Shown piece by piece: positions 28,479-38,636 of a stretch of DNA of 64,000 bases. Source of the stretch: Shimia sp. (GTDB lineage Bacteria; Pseudomonadota; Alphaproteobacteria; Rhodobacterales; Rhodobacteraceae); contig JAAENN010000177.1 in NCBI GenBank assembly GCA_024224295.1, positions 79 to 64,078 on the forward strand, given 5' to 3'. The translations under genes and the position numbers were made by a program. Within the stretch, counting starts at the first letter, position 1. Every line of letters begins with the position of its first letter. The notes beneath the pieces were generated by a model. That model was not told where the DNA came from, did not search any database, and was given only the letters and a program-made list of their open reading frames with translations.

Positions 28479-29528
28479 TTGCCCACAGGCACCATGACAC
28501 CACCGCCTTCATCCGATACGCCGAAAAAGACCTCGGTGGAATTTCCGGACAACCGACTGCTGATTGAGCTTTGCGGCGAATATGATCGCAATCTCGCGGA
28601 TATAGAGCAGAAACTGGGTGTGCAGATTCTGCGACGGGGAAACCTGCTCGACATCCATGGCGAAGAGGTAGCCCAGACCGAGGCGGCCGAGGTTCTGGCC
28701 GCGCTCTATACCCGTTTGGAAAGTGGCAAATCCGTTGAGGGTGGCGACATTGATCGCGAGATTCGCATGGGCGCTTCTGAGGAAGACACCGGCGTGCGGG
28801 ACGGCGACCAAATTGAGATGTTCAAAGGCGGCGCGGTTGAAATCAAGACCCGCAAAAAGCTGGTTGAGCCGCGCACCGATGCCCAGAAATCTTATGTGCT
28901 GTCGCTGTTTGACAATGAGCTGGCTTTTGGCATCGGCCCGGCTGGTACGGGGAAGACCTACTTGGCTGTGGCTGTTGGCGTGAGCATGTTCATCTCCGGT
29001 CAGGTGGATCGGATTATCCTATCGCGTCCCGCTGTAGAGGCGGGCGAGAAGCTGGGCTATCTGCCCGGTGACATGAAAGACAAAGTCGACCCCTACATGC
29101 AGCCCTTGTATGATGCGCTGAATGATTTCCTGCCCGCCAAACAGCTGGGTAAGCTGATCGAAGAGAAAAAGATCGAGATTGCGCCGCTGGCCTTCATGCG
29201 CGGGCGTACGCTGTCCAATGCCTTTGTGGTACTGGATGAGGCGCAGAACGCTACCACTATGCAGATGAAGATGTTTTTGACTCGTCTGGGAGAGGGGTCT
29301 CGCATGGTTATCACTGGCGACCGCAGCCAGATTGACCTGCCACGCGGAGTACCTTCTGGGCTGAAGGATGCTGAACGCCTGCTAAGCAAAATTCCGAACA
29401 TCAGTTTCAACTATTTCACCGCCGATGACGTTGTGCGTCATCCGCTGGTGGCGGCGATCATCAAGGCCTATGACGCGGATGCGGTGCGGGCGTTGGCGGA
29501 CAGAGAGAAGAAAGAAAAGAAAGCGTGA
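28479..29528 (+). CDS. phoH: PhoH-family ATPase (PhoH/YbeZ)
   Basis: GPAGTGKT, RPAVEAGE, LAFMRGRT, LDEAQN, VVRHPLV. Confidence 0.93.
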   Translation: MPTGTMTPPPSSDTPKKTSVEFPDNRLLIELCGEYDRNLADIEQKLGVQILRRGNLLDIHGEEVAQTEAAEVLAALYTRLESGKSVEGGDIDREIRMGASEEDTGVRDGDQIEMFKGGAVEIKTRKKLVEPRTDAQKSYVLSLFDNELAFGIGPAGTGKTYLAVAVGVSMFISGQVDRIILSRPAVEAGEKLGYLPGDMKDKVDPYMQPLYDALNDFLPAKQLGKLIEEKKIEIAPLAFMRGRTLSNAFVVLDEAQNATTMQMKMFLTRLGEGSRMVITGDRSQIDLPRGVPSGLKDAERLLSKIPNISFNYFTADDVVRHPLVAAIIKAYDADAVRALADREKKEKKA

Positions 29529-29788
29529 GGCTGAGCGACTTGCCCGATTTGGGAGACCGACCGGGCATAAAAAAGCTTGCGCGACTTGTTAACGCCTATC
29601 AGGAACTTGGTGGTTTTTCCAATTGCGCGGAGGTCGTACGGCTTTCCGAGCGCGCAACGCTTGAGGATCTGCAGATCGAGTTGTTTTTGGACTACCGGGC
29701 GGGCAATCATTTGGGCGACGATAGTGTGGTTGCAGTAAATGAAGAGTTGTATCCACAATTTTTACGGATTTTGTCGCTAGAGAATTGA
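29525..29788 (+). CDS. Hypothetical 87-aa protein between phoH and ybeY
   Basis: GTG start overlaps the phoH stop (GTGA); its TGA directly abuts the ybeY ATG. Confidence 0.6.
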   Translation: MRLSDLPDLGDRPGIKKLARLVNAYQELGGFSNCAEVVRLSERATLEDLQIELFLDYRAGNHLGDDSVVAVNEELYPQFLRILSLEN

Positions 29789-30301
29789 ATGCAAATGCTG
29801 ACGGACACAATTATCGACGATGACCGCTGGGATGCCGTGGCCTTTGAAGAGCTTGCCGAAACGGCAGCGCAAGCGGCGTTGTCGCATCTGGGTCTAGCGC
29901 CGTCTGATTTTGAGATCGCGGTGCTGGCCTGTGACGACGCGCGCATAGCTGTGCTGAACGCGGATTTTCGTGACAAGGACAAAGCCACCAATGTGCTGAG
30001 CTGGCCGAGCGAGGAGCGTGGCGTGGATGTGGATGGCGACGTGCCGAAATTGCCGGAGCAAAGCCTGCCGGGCATGCCCGAGGAGCTGGGGGACATTGCG
30101 ATTAGCTTTGACACCTGTGCGCGGGAGGCGGCAGAAGCGGGCAAGCCGATGGCGGATCATGTAACGCATCTGATGGTTCACGGAACCTTACATCTTTTAG
30201 GCTACGACCACATACGTGACAAAGATGCCACGTTGATGGAAGGTTTAGAGACCACCATACTTGGCAAAATGGGTCTGGCAGACCCATATGTGATCAAATA
30301 G
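29789..30301 (+). CDS. ybeY: rRNA maturation endoribonuclease YbeY
   Basis: TNVLSWP, LGDIAIS, HGTLHLLGYDH. Confidence 0.95.
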   Translation: MQMLTDTIIDDDRWDAVAFEELAETAAQAALSHLGLAPSDFEIAVLACDDARIAVLNADFRDKDKATNVLSWPSEERGVDVDGDVPKLPEQSLPGMPEELGDIAISFDTCAREAAEAGKPMADHVTHLMVHGTLHLLGYDHIRDKDATLMEGLETTILGKMGLADPYVIK

Positions 30302-30336
30302 CGGGCAAAATACCGCAAAAACCTTGGAAAGGGCCC

Positions 30337-31233
30337 ATGGGCGACAGTGCAGACGGATCTTCTAACGCAGCGCCAAGCGCGCAGCCAGAAGGCCAGAGAA
30401 GTAAACCGAAGGGCTGGGTAAGCCGCCTGTTTGGTATGAGTGATACCCCGGAAACCGTGGCGGAGCGCCCGGTGGCCGCAACCACGCCGATGCCGCAGGC
30501 GCATGGTATGATGAACCTGAGACGGATGCGGGTCGAGGATGTGGCGGTGCCCAAAGCCGATATTCAATCGGTGCCCACCGTTATTACAAAAACAGAACTG
30601 GTGCAGCTGTTTCGCGACAGTGGCCTCACCCGACTGCCGGTGTATGAGAACACTTTGGACACACCAGTGGGTTTTGTGCACCTGAAGGATTTTGCTCTGC
30701 GTCATGGGTTCAATGGCGACAATGCCAAAGACTTTGACATCACCAAAGTTCTGCGTCCCTTGCTGTTTGTCCCCCCAAGCATGTCGATCGGTGTTTTGCT
30801 CACCAAAATGCAGGCGGAGCGTCGGCATATGGCGCTGGTTATTGATGAATATGGCGGCGTCGACGGCTTGGTGACCATCGAAGACCTGATTGAGCAGGTC
30901 ATTGGGGAAATCGAAGACGAGCACGACGTTGAAGAGGCTGACCTTTTTATTGAAGAAAAACCTGGGTGCTTTCTCGCACTGGCCAAAACGCCTTTGGAAG
31001 AGTTTGAAGCCGCTGTCGGTCGGTCTTTGAGCCATCACGAAGAGGTCGATCCGGAAGAGATCGACACACTTGGCGGGCTGGTCTTTATGCTCGCAGGACA
31101 TGTCCCCGCGCGTGGCGAGGTCGTTGAGAGCCCCGATGGCGTAGAGTTTGAGGTGGTGGACGCCGATCCGCGCCGGATCAAGCGGCTGCGGGTGTTCCTG
31201 CCAAGCCCATCGGTGGTGGTGCAGGATGGCTGA
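30337..31233 (+). CDS. corC: HlyC/CorC family CBS-domain protein
   Basis: TRLPVY, CBS pair, HMALVIDEYGGVDGLVTIED, C-terminal CorC domain. Confidence 0.88.
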   Translation: MGDSADGSSNAAPSAQPEGQRSKPKGWVSRLFGMSDTPETVAERPVAATTPMPQAHGMMNLRRMRVEDVAVPKADIQSVPTVITKTELVQLFRDSGLTRLPVYENTLDTPVGFVHLKDFALRHGFNGDNAKDFDITKVLRPLLFVPPSMSIGVLLTKMQAERRHMALVIDEYGGVDGLVTIEDLIEQVIGEIEDEHDVEEADLFIEEKPGCFLALAKTPLEEFEAAVGRSLSHHEEVDPEEIDTLGGLVFMLAGHVPARGEVVESPDGVEFEVVDADPRRIKRLRVFLPSPSVVVQDG

Positions 31234-32731
31234 CGGCGCTTTGCGCCGCCGGTTGCAGGTTGTGCCTCTCAAAATGCTGTTGCGCGGTGGCACGCTGGGA
31301 GCGGTGGCCGCGTTGGGGCACCCGCCCTTTGATCTGTGGTTTTTAACGCTCCTTGGCTTTGCCGCAGCATTTTACCAGTTGATGCGCGTGGATGCCGGTC
31401 GGTTGGCTTTTGTCCTGGGGCTGGGCTTTGGCATCGGTTATTTTGTCCTGTCCTTAAACTGGATCGTGGAGCCGTTTTTTGTCGATCCGTGGCGACACGG
31501 ATGGATGGCGCCTTTTGCGATCACGTTTTTGGCGGCGGGTTTGGGGCTGTTTTTTGCGGTGGCCTTTTGGAGTGCGAAACGTCTGAGCGTTGCAGGCGGA
31601 GCGGTGGTTTTGACGCTGACGCTTGCGGAGGTGATCCGGGCCTACCTGTTCACAGGATTTCCCTGGGCCATGCCCTCTTATGTGTTGATAGATCAGGGGG
31701 TTGCCCAAGGCGCAGCGATAGTAGGGCCGCATGGGCTGAATTTGCTGTTCTTTGTCGTGGCCTGGAGTCTCGCATGGGCGGTGTTCAGTGGGGAGCGTCG
31801 GGATGTTTGGAGCGTTGCTGCGCTGGCCATGATCGCCGGGCTTGCCGTGCCCGTGGCGTCGCCAAGCCCGTCGATCTCCGAAGAACGACCGGTTGTGCGA
31901 CTAATCCAGCCAAATGCGCCGCAGCATCAGAAATGGGATCCGCAATACGCTGGCTTGTTCTTTGAGCGGATGGTGAAATTCACCCGTACAGGGGAAGAGC
32001 GGCCGGACCTCATCGTGTGGCCTGAAACAGCGGTACCTGTTTGGCTGCATAACGCGGCGAACACGCTGGGGATCATCTCCGGCGCGGCGGGCGATGTGCC
32101 GGTGGTTTTGGGGATCAACCGCGCCGAAGGGCGGCGGATTTTCAACGCTGCAATCCTGATGGACTCAGAAGGGCAGGTCGCGGAGACCTATGACAAGCAT
32201 CATCTGGTGCCGTTTGGCGAGTACATCCCCTTTGGAGATTGGTTGAGCAAGATCGGGATTCAGGGGTTGGCCAGCCGAGACGGCGGCGGGTTTTCCCGCG
32301 GCGCGGGCGCGGATGTGCTCGATTTGGGTGCATTGGGCAAAGCGTTGGTGCTGATTTGTTATGAGGCGGTGTTTCCGCAGGATGTGCGCGCGGCCCCTGA
32401 ACGGCCTGCATTCATTTTGCATCTCACCAATGACGCCTGGTTTGGCAATTTCTCCGGACCCTATCAACACCTCGTGCAGGCGCAGATGCGCGCGATTGAA
32501 AGTGGCTTGCCAGTATTGCGTGCTGCAAATACCGGCATCAGTGCTGTGATTGATTCACAGGGGCGCGTGCTGGATGCATTGCCGCTTAACACAGAGGGGT
32601 TTTTGGATGTGGCCTTGCCAGAGGCGTCGCCTAAAACCCTTTATGCGAAAGGGGGCGATCTGCCTTTGGTTCTTGTGGTTGTATTGCTGCTGTTAATAGC
32701 GCTTTTACTGCATCGGCGCAAAACGCATTGA
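31226..32731 (+). CDS. lnt: Apolipoprotein N-acyltransferase
   Basis: FTGFPW, IQPN, WPETA, KHHLVPFGE, ICYE, TNDAWFG. Start set to ATG 31226. Confidence 0.95.
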   Translation: MADGALRRRLQVVPLKMLLRGGTLGAVAALGHPPFDLWFLTLLGFAAAFYQLMRVDAGRLAFVLGLGFGIGYFVLSLNWIVEPFFVDPWRHGWMAPFAITFLAAGLGLFFAVAFWSAKRLSVAGGAVVLTLTLAEVIRAYLFTGFPWAMPSYVLIDQGVAQGAAIVGPHGLNLLFFVVAWSLAWAVFSGERRDVWSVAALAMIAGLAVPVASPSPSISEERPVVRLIQPNAPQHQKWDPQYAGLFFERMVKFTRTGEERPDLIVWPETAVPVWLHNAANTLGIISGAAGDVPVVLGINRAEGRRIFNAAILMDSEGQVAETYDKHHLVPFGEYIPFGDWLSKIGIQGLASRDGGGFSRGAGADVLDLGALGKALVLICYEAVFPQDVRAAPERPAFILHLTNDAWFGNFSGPYQHLVQAQMRAIESGLPVLRAANTGISAVIDSQGRVLDALPLNTEGFLDVALPEASPKTLYAKGGDLPLVLVVVLLLLIALLLHRRKTH

Positions 32732-32756
32732 CCCTGCGCGAACGGAGGCGTAAGCC
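32728..32756 (+). promoter_or_regulatory. Probable sigma70 promoter for metK
   Basis: TTGACC-17 bp-TAAGCC just upstream of the riboswitch. Confidence 0.55.
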
Positions 32757-32768
32757 AAGGTAGTTTTT

Positions 32769-32816
32769 GTCGCCACAACGGCTTCCTGACGTGGCGATCG
32801 ACTTTCAATGGAGCAC
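32769..32816 (+). ncRNA. SAM/SAH riboswitch
   Basis: gtCGCCACAACGGCTTCCTGACGTGGCG...AATGGAGCA directly before the metK ATG matches the Rhodobacterales SAM-SAH motif. Confidence 0.88.
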
Positions 32817-32819
32817 TTC

Positions 32820-34001
32820 ATGACACGACAGAACTACACGTTTACTTCCGAAAGTGTTTCGGAAGGCCACCCAGATAAGGTTTGTGACCGCATCTCGGAC
32901 GCCGTTTTAGATGCCTTTTTGGCAGAGGAACCAGAGGCACGTGTGGCGGCGGAAACGTTTGCCACAACGAACCGGGTGGTGATTGGTGGCGAGGTTGGTC
33001 TGTCAGATCAAGACAAGCTGCATGATTACATGGAACGCATCGACGAGATTGCACGCGCCTGTATCAAAGACATCGGTTACGAGCAGGACAAGTTCCACCA
33101 CGAGACTGTGGAGATCACCAACCTGTTGCACGAGCAGTCCGCGCATATTGCGCAGGGTGTGGATGCGGCCGCCGACAAAGACGAAGGCGCCGGTGATCAG
33201 GGCATCATGTTTGGTTATGCCACCACTGAAACCGAGGCTTTGATGCCTGCACCGATCCAGTACAGCCACGCCATTTTGCGTCGTTTGGCTGAGGTGCGCA
33301 AATCCGGTCAGGAGCCGACGCTTGGGCCGGATGCTAAGTCACAGTTGTCTGTGCTGTATGAAGGTGGCAAGCCGGTGGGCGTGAGCTCCATTGTGCTGTC
33401 AACGCAGCACCTGGATGAGGCCATGACCAGCGCCGATGTGCGCGCCGTGGTGGAGCCTTACATTCGCGAGACCCTGCCAGAGGGCTGGATCACAGATGCC
33501 ACCGCGTGGCACGTGAACCCAACCGGCAAGTTTGTGATTGGCGGGCCTGATGGCGATGCGGGTCTGACTGGTCGTAAGATCATCGTGGACACCTATGGCG
33601 GGGCTGCTCCGCATGGTGGCGGCGCGTTCTCCGGCAAAGACCCAACTAAAGTGGACCGCTCTGCAGCCTATGCCGCGCGCTATCTGGCGAAGAACGTTGT
33701 GGCTGCTGGCATGGCGGAGCGCTGCACCATTCAGCTGTCCTACGCGATTGGCGTATCTGAACCTCTGTCGGTTTACGCAGATACACATGGTACCGGCGAA
33801 GTTGCCCCTGCGGACATCGAAAAGGCTGTGCGCAGTGTGATGAGCCTGACGCCACGGGGCATTCGCGAGAAGCTGCAGCTCAACAAGCCGATCTATCAGC
33901 GCACGGCAGCCTATGGGCACTTTGGCCGGACACCCACCGAGGACGGCGGTTTCAGCTGGGAGCGCACTGATCTGGTTGAGGATCTGAAAAAAGCGATTTG
34001 A
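32820..34001 (+). CDS. metK: S-adenosylmethionine synthetase
   Basis: [26 protein letters not shown]. Start ATG 32820; the track ATG 32808 lies within the riboswitch. Confidence 0.97.
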   Translation: MTRQNYTFTSESVSEGHPDKVCDRISDAVLDAFLAEEPEARVAAETFATTNRVVIGGEVGLSDQDKLHDYMERIDEIARACIKDIGYEQDKFHHETVEITNLLHEQSAHIAQGVDAAADKDEGAGDQGIMFGYATTETEALMPAPIQYSHAILRRLAEVRKSGQEPTLGPDAKSQLSVLYEGGKPVGVSSIVLSTQHLDEAMTSADVRAVVEPYIRETLPEGWITDATAWHVNPTGKFVIGGPDGDAGLTGRKIIVDTYGGAAPHGGGAFSGKDPTKVDRSAAYAARYLAKNVVAAGMAERCTIQLSYAIGVSEPLSVYADTHGTGEVAPADIEKAVRSVMSLTPRGIREKLQLNKPIYQRTAAYGHFGRTPTEDGGFSWERTDLVEDLKKAI

Positions 34002-34024
34002 TCTGCGCGGTATCGCAGGATGTG

Positions 34025-34057
34025 AAAGCCCGTCGAGTTTATCGGCGGGCTTTTTTT
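34025..34057 (+). terminator. Intrinsic terminator after metK
   Basis: aaaGCCCGTCG-agtttat-CGGCGGGCttttttt. Confidence 0.85.
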
Positions 34058-34154
34058 GTCCAGTGCATGCCATGGACAACATGCCCCAACGGAAGTCTTT
34101 GGCATCGCAGGGTTCCTGTGTCACGGTCAGCGTGGGAAATGGGAGGAATGCGCG

Positions 34155-35009
34155 ATGTTGATCGATGTGGCTTTGCCGCTGTCGTTGGCGATTATTATGT
34201 TTTCACTGGGGTTTGGGCTGACCTTTGCCGATTTTGGCAGGGTGTTGACCATGCCACGGGCCGTAATTGTAGGCGTGGTGATGCAGGTGGTCGCGGTGCC
34301 CGCGGTGGCGTTTTTGCTGGTGTCTTTCACAAACTTGCCGCCTGCGATGGCCTTTGGGGTGATGCTGTTGTCGTTTTGCCCTGGCGGCGTAACGTCTAAC
34401 ATTCTGACCAAACTGGCTGGTGGCACGGTGGCGTTGTCGATTACGTTGACGGCAGTGGTGAGCCTGCTGTCGGTGCTGACCGTGCCTGCGTTGACCAGCT
34501 GGGCTGCGACGACCTTTCTGGGCGGGAATGCACCGGTGATCAATGTGACCGCGATTGGCATCAGCATGTTTGTGATCACCGCCGTGCCGGTGGCGATTGG
34601 CGTGTTGCTGCGGTTTGTGGCGCCAACTTTTGCGGACAATAACGAGGGGCGTGTGTCGGCTGTGGCGCTGATTTTGTTTGTGGTGATTGTCGGCGCGGCT
34701 CTAGCGACCAACTGGACGATGTTTAAGGCAAACATTGGTGGGTTAGCGCCGGTCCTGATGGCGTTGAATGCGGTGTTGTTAATTGCAGGTGTTGTTGTGG
34801 CGCGTGTGCTGGGACTGTCAGGGCCGGACGGGCTTTGTATCTCGGTGGAGATGGGCGTGCAGAACGCGACCCTTGGCATCGCCGTGGCGGGCATTATCGC
34901 GCAAACCGGCGGCATTCCGGAGTTTGCGGTGCCAGCGGCGGTTTATGGGATCACGATGTATATTGTGACCATTCCGGGCATGTTCATTCTGCGCAAGATT
35001 TTTGGCTGA
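34155..35009 (+). CDS. Bile acid:sodium symporter (BASS) family transporter
   Basis: IIMFSLG, CPGGVTSN, EMGVQNATL. GGAGG precedes ATG 34155. Confidence 0.92.
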   Translation: MLIDVALPLSLAIIMFSLGFGLTFADFGRVLTMPRAVIVGVVMQVVAVPAVAFLLVSFTNLPPAMAFGVMLLSFCPGGVTSNILTKLAGGTVALSITLTAVVSLLSVLTVPALTSWAATTFLGGNAPVINVTAIGISMFVITAVPVAIGVLLRFVAPTFADNNEGRVSAVALILFVVIVGAALATNWTMFKANIGGLAPVLMALNAVLLIAGVVVARVLGLSGPDGLCISVEMGVQNATLGIAVAGIIAQTGGIPEFAVPAAVYGITMYIVTIPGMFILRKIFG

Positions 35010-35067
35010 ACTTGACCTTTGCTGCGGGTTTGGGCAAAGGCAGGCCCGCAGCATAAGGTATTTAGGC

Positions 35068-35805
35068 ATGTCCGACGACAAACACCCCGGCAAAGATTCT
35101 GGCAGACACGCAAGCGGTGCGCCGTGGCGCAACTTCTATGGACGCTTCAAAGGCAAAGGCTTGCGGCCGAGCCAAGAGGCCTATCTGGACGAAGACTTGG
35201 CGGCGTTGTCTCCCGGTAAGGTCGGCTGGGACGAGAACCCGGAGCGGGAGAACCTCGACCTTGAGGCGCTGTTTGGTGGCAAGGATGTCTGGCTTGAAGT
35301 GGGGTTTGGCGGCGGTGAGCACATGGTGCATCAGGCCGTGCAGAACCCCGACGTGGGCATCATTGGCTGTGAGCCTTACATCAACGGCGTTGCCATGCTG
35401 CTTGGCAAAATCCGTGAAGCTGGTGCGCAAAACATCAAGGTGCATCCCGGTGATGCGCGCGACATGTTTGACGTGCTGCCCGATCAAAGCCTGAGCCGCG
35501 CATTTTTGCTGTACCCTGATCCTTGGCCAAAGAAGCGCCACCACCGCCGTCGTTTCGTGACGCCGGAGCATCTGGAGCCGCTGTCGCGCAAGCTGAAGCC
35601 GGGTGCGATTTTCCGCGTCGCGACGGATATTGAGGACTATGTGCGCCAGACGTTGGAAGAAGTGCCTCGCCAGGGGTATGAATGGTTGGCGGAGAAACCG
35701 GTGGATTGGCGCGAGCCATGGAACGATTGGATTTCCACGCGTTATGAGCAGAAGGCGTTCCGCGAGGGGCGCACGCCGCATTATCTGACCTTCCGCAAGA
35801 CGTAA
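35068..35805 (+). CDS. trmB: tRNA (guanine-N7)-methyltransferase
   Basis: LEVGFGGGEH, GCEPY, LYPDPWPKKRHHRRR, ATD. Confidence 0.95.
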   Translation: MSDDKHPGKDSGRHASGAPWRNFYGRFKGKGLRPSQEAYLDEDLAALSPGKVGWDENPERENLDLEALFGGKDVWLEVGFGGGEHMVHQAVQNPDVGIIGCEPYINGVAMLLGKIREAGAQNIKVHPGDARDMFDVLPDQSLSRAFLLYPDPWPKKRHHRRRFVTPEHLEPLSRKLKPGAIFRVATDIEDYVRQTLEEVPRQGYEWLAEKPVDWREPWNDWISTRYEQKAFREGRTPHYLTFRKT

Positions 35806-35909
35806 CTGCGGCGCTGGAGCGACGGCGCAACAATCGCGCCATTCCGGCCATGGACCTTGGGCATTTGTTGCGCTAACAGCGTTGTTAAAAGCAATAAGGA
35901 TGACGCGCT

Positions 35910-37256
35910 ATGTCTGGCCACGGCACACCCATTCCGATGACTTCTTCCGCTTGCGGTCCGCTGAAGGGCGAGGCGCATGTGCCTGGTGATAAGTCGATCA
36001 GCCATCGCAGCTTGATCCTTGGAGCGATGGCAGTGGGCGAGACCAAAATCTCCGGCCTGTTGGAAGGCGAAGACGTGCTCGACACCGGCAAAGCCATGGC
36101 GGCTTTTGGCGCAGAGGTGATCAACCACGGCGAAGGCAATTGGTCGGTGCATGGTGTGGGCGTGGGCGGGTTTGCCGAGCCGGACACGGTGATTGACTGC
36201 GGCAACTCGGGCACAGGTGTGCGTTTGATTATGGGCGCAATGGCGACCAGCGACATCACGGTGACCTTCACGGGAGACGCCAGCTTGAACGGCCGTCCGA
36301 TGGCGCGGGTTACTGATCCGATTGCGCTGTTTGGAGCGACCTCGGTGGGGCGTTCCGGTGGACGCTTGCCGATGACCATAGTTGGCGCAAAAGATCCTGT
36401 TCCGGTGCGTTACGAAGTTCCGATGCCGTCTGCGCAGGTGAAATCTGCCGTGTTGTTGGCTGGACTTAATGCGCCGGGGCAGACTGTGGTGATTGAGGAA
36501 GAAGCCACGCGTGATCATACCGAACGTATGTTGGCCGGCTTTGGCGCGGAGATTTCGGTGAAAGAGACCGAAGAGGGGCGTGTGATCACGCTGACCGGTC
36601 AGCCGGAGTTGAAGCCGCAGACCATTGTGGTGCCACGCGATCCAAGCTCCGCTGCGTTCCCGGTCTGTGCGGCGATTATCACGCCGGGCTCTGACGTTTT
36701 GGTGCCAAACATCGGGCTGAACCCAACCCGCGCTGGTCTGTTTTATGCGTTGCAAGCGATGAACGCGGACTTGACCTTCGAGAACGAGCGGGAAGAAGGC
36801 GGGGAGCCTGTTGCGGATCTACGCGCGCGGTTCTCGCCTGATCTTACGGGTGCTGAGATCGACCCAGCCCGTGCGGCCAGCATGATTGACGAATATCCGG
36901 TGCTGTCTGTGGTGGCCTCTTTTGCCAAAGGCGACACGGTGATGCGCGGTGTAAAAGAGCTGCGCGTGAAGGAAAGCGATCGGATCGACGCAATGGCAAA
37001 GGGTCTGCGCGCCAATGGCGTTGAGGTCGATGAGGGTGACGACTGGTGGATCGTGAAAGGTCTTGGCCACGGCAATGTGCCAGGTGGCGCGACGTGTGAG
37101 AGCTTTTTGGATCACCGCATAGCCATGAGCTTTATGGTGATGGGTATGGCGACACAGCAGCCTGTGAGCGTCGACGATGGTGGTCCGATTGCCACGTCTT
37201 TCCCTATTTTTGAACCGCTGATGGACGGCTTGGGCGCAAAGGTCACCCGCAGCTAA
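35910..37256 (+). CDS. aroA: 3-phosphoshikimate 1-carboxyvinyltransferase
   Basis: [40 protein letters not shown]. Confidence 0.97.
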   Translation: MSGHGTPIPMTSSACGPLKGEAHVPGDKSISHRSLILGAMAVGETKISGLLEGEDVLDTGKAMAAFGAEVINHGEGNWSVHGVGVGGFAEPDTVIDCGNSGTGVRLIMGAMATSDITVTFTGDASLNGRPMARVTDPIALFGATSVGRSGGRLPMTIVGAKDPVPVRYEVPMPSAQVKSAVLLAGLNAPGQTVVIEEEATRDHTERMLAGFGAEISVKETEEGRVITLTGQPELKPQTIVVPRDPSSAAFPVCAAIITPGSDVLVPNIGLNPTRAGLFYALQAMNADLTFENEREEGGEPVADLRARFSPDLTGAEIDPARAASMIDEYPVLSVVASFAKGDTVMRGVKELRVKESDRIDAMAKGLRANGVEVDEGDDWWIVKGLGHGNVPGGATCESFLDHRIAMSFMVMGMATQQPVSVDDGGPIATSFPIFEPLMDGLGAKVTRS

Positions 37257-37347
37257 ACCAGCGTTGTCGCCCCTCGGTGCACGTTCTTGTTGATTTTGGC
37301 GAAGCCTCGGTCATGATCGGGGCTTACGTTATCTTGGGCAAGGGCAA

Positions 37348-37860
37348 ATGAGCTTCAGTCAGCGGGTTTTCTGGATCAGTTTCACAGGTGCAACCAGTAT
37401 TTATCTGGTGATGGTATTTTGGACCATGCCAACGATCAGCTTAGCGGCCGGAGGACTGGCGCCGTTTGACATGCGGCCCTTTGGCTATTCACCGCAGGAG
37501 GCCCGGGGCTTTCTATCTGCACTGAGCGCAGAGGGGCGCGATTTCTACATCACCGTACAGCAGCGGCTTGATCTGGTGTATCCAGCGTTGTTGGGCATCA
37601 TGTTGATTGTTGGCTTTCAGAGCCTGTTCCCGCGGCGCTTGAGCATGGTGTTTTCCTTTGTTGCGCTGATCATGGTGTCGGCGGATTACTTGGAAAACTA
37701 CATGGTGGCGACGATGCTGCATATCGGTGCGGATGGGGTAGAGGATAGTCTTGTCACCATCGCCAGTTTCTGGACGCGTTGTAAATCTGTGGCGGCTACC
37801 GTTGCCTTTGTGGGCTTGGTGGTGGGCGCTGTGATGCAAATGCGCCGTCGCTGGGCATAG
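37348..37860 (+). CDS. Hypothetical membrane protein (~4 TM)
   Basis: Four hydrophobic segments, PFDMR...GY and ADYLEN motifs; lies between aroA and cmk. Confidence 0.75.
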   Translation: MSFSQRVFWISFTGATSIYLVMVFWTMPTISLAAGGLAPFDMRPFGYSPQEARGFLSALSAEGRDFYITVQQRLDLVYPALLGIMLIVGFQSLFPRRLSMVFSFVALIMVSADYLENYMVATMLHIGADGVEDSLVTIASFWTRCKSVAATVAFVGLVVGAVMQMRRRWA

Positions 37861-37932
37861 ACGCGCTGGCCCTTGCCTCGCGCGCTGTGGCTGGGTAGAG
37901 CGACTAGAAGTCAGAATAAGGCAGGGCAAGAC

Positions 37933-38547
37933 ATGCGGTTTACCATTGCAATTGATGGGCCAGCGGCAGCGGGCAAAGGCACAATCTCCAAGGCTGTGGC
38001 GGTGCATTTTGGCTTTGCCCATCTGGACACGGGTTTGCTTTATCGGGCGGTTGGCGCACGCACACTGGACGGGACAGACCCTATTGCCGCGGCCAAGGGG
38101 CTGACTGCCGAAGACCTGGACGCGGACAATCTGCGCACGCCGGACGTCGCGCAGGCGGCCAGCAAGGTTGCGGTGATTGGTGAGGTACGGGCTGCTTTGG
38201 TGGACTTTCAGCGGGCTTTTGCGCGTCGCGCCGGTGGCGCCGTCTTGGACGGGCGCGACATCGGGACGGTGATTTGCCCGAATGCTGAGGCCAAGCTGTT
38301 TGTCACGGCAAGTGCAGAGGTGCGGGCGGAACGCCGTTATCTGGAGCTTGTTGGTAAAGGCATAGAGATCGATCGCGAGACTGTTTTGGCGGACGTCAAG
38401 GAACGCGACGCGCGCGATATGGAACGGGCCGAGGCGCCCCTGAAGCCTGCGGCGGATGCGGTTTTGATCGATACCTCAGACCTTGCCATCGCAGATGCCA
38501 TTGCGGCTGCTGTGTCGGCTATTGATGCGGTGTGTCCGGCTGAGTGA
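37933..38547 (+). CDS. cmk: Cytidylate kinase
   Basis: [29 protein letters not shown]. Start set to ATG 37933. Confidence 0.95.
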   Translation: MRFTIAIDGPAAAGKGTISKAVAVHFGFAHLDTGLLYRAVGARTLDGTDPIAAAKGLTAEDLDADNLRTPDVAQAASKVAVIGEVRAALVDFQRAFARRAGGAVLDGRDIGTVICPNAEAKLFVTASAEVRAERRYLELVGKGIEIDRETVLADVKERDARDMERAEAPLKPAADAVLIDTSDLAIADAIAAAVSAIDAVCPAE

Positions 38548-38636
38548 GCCCATCACCATTCTGTGATGTAATCTGACAATTTGAACCAAATTCTCCTGAG
38601 CCTGCGTAAGGGGCTGAAAAACTGGGAGGATAGTTC

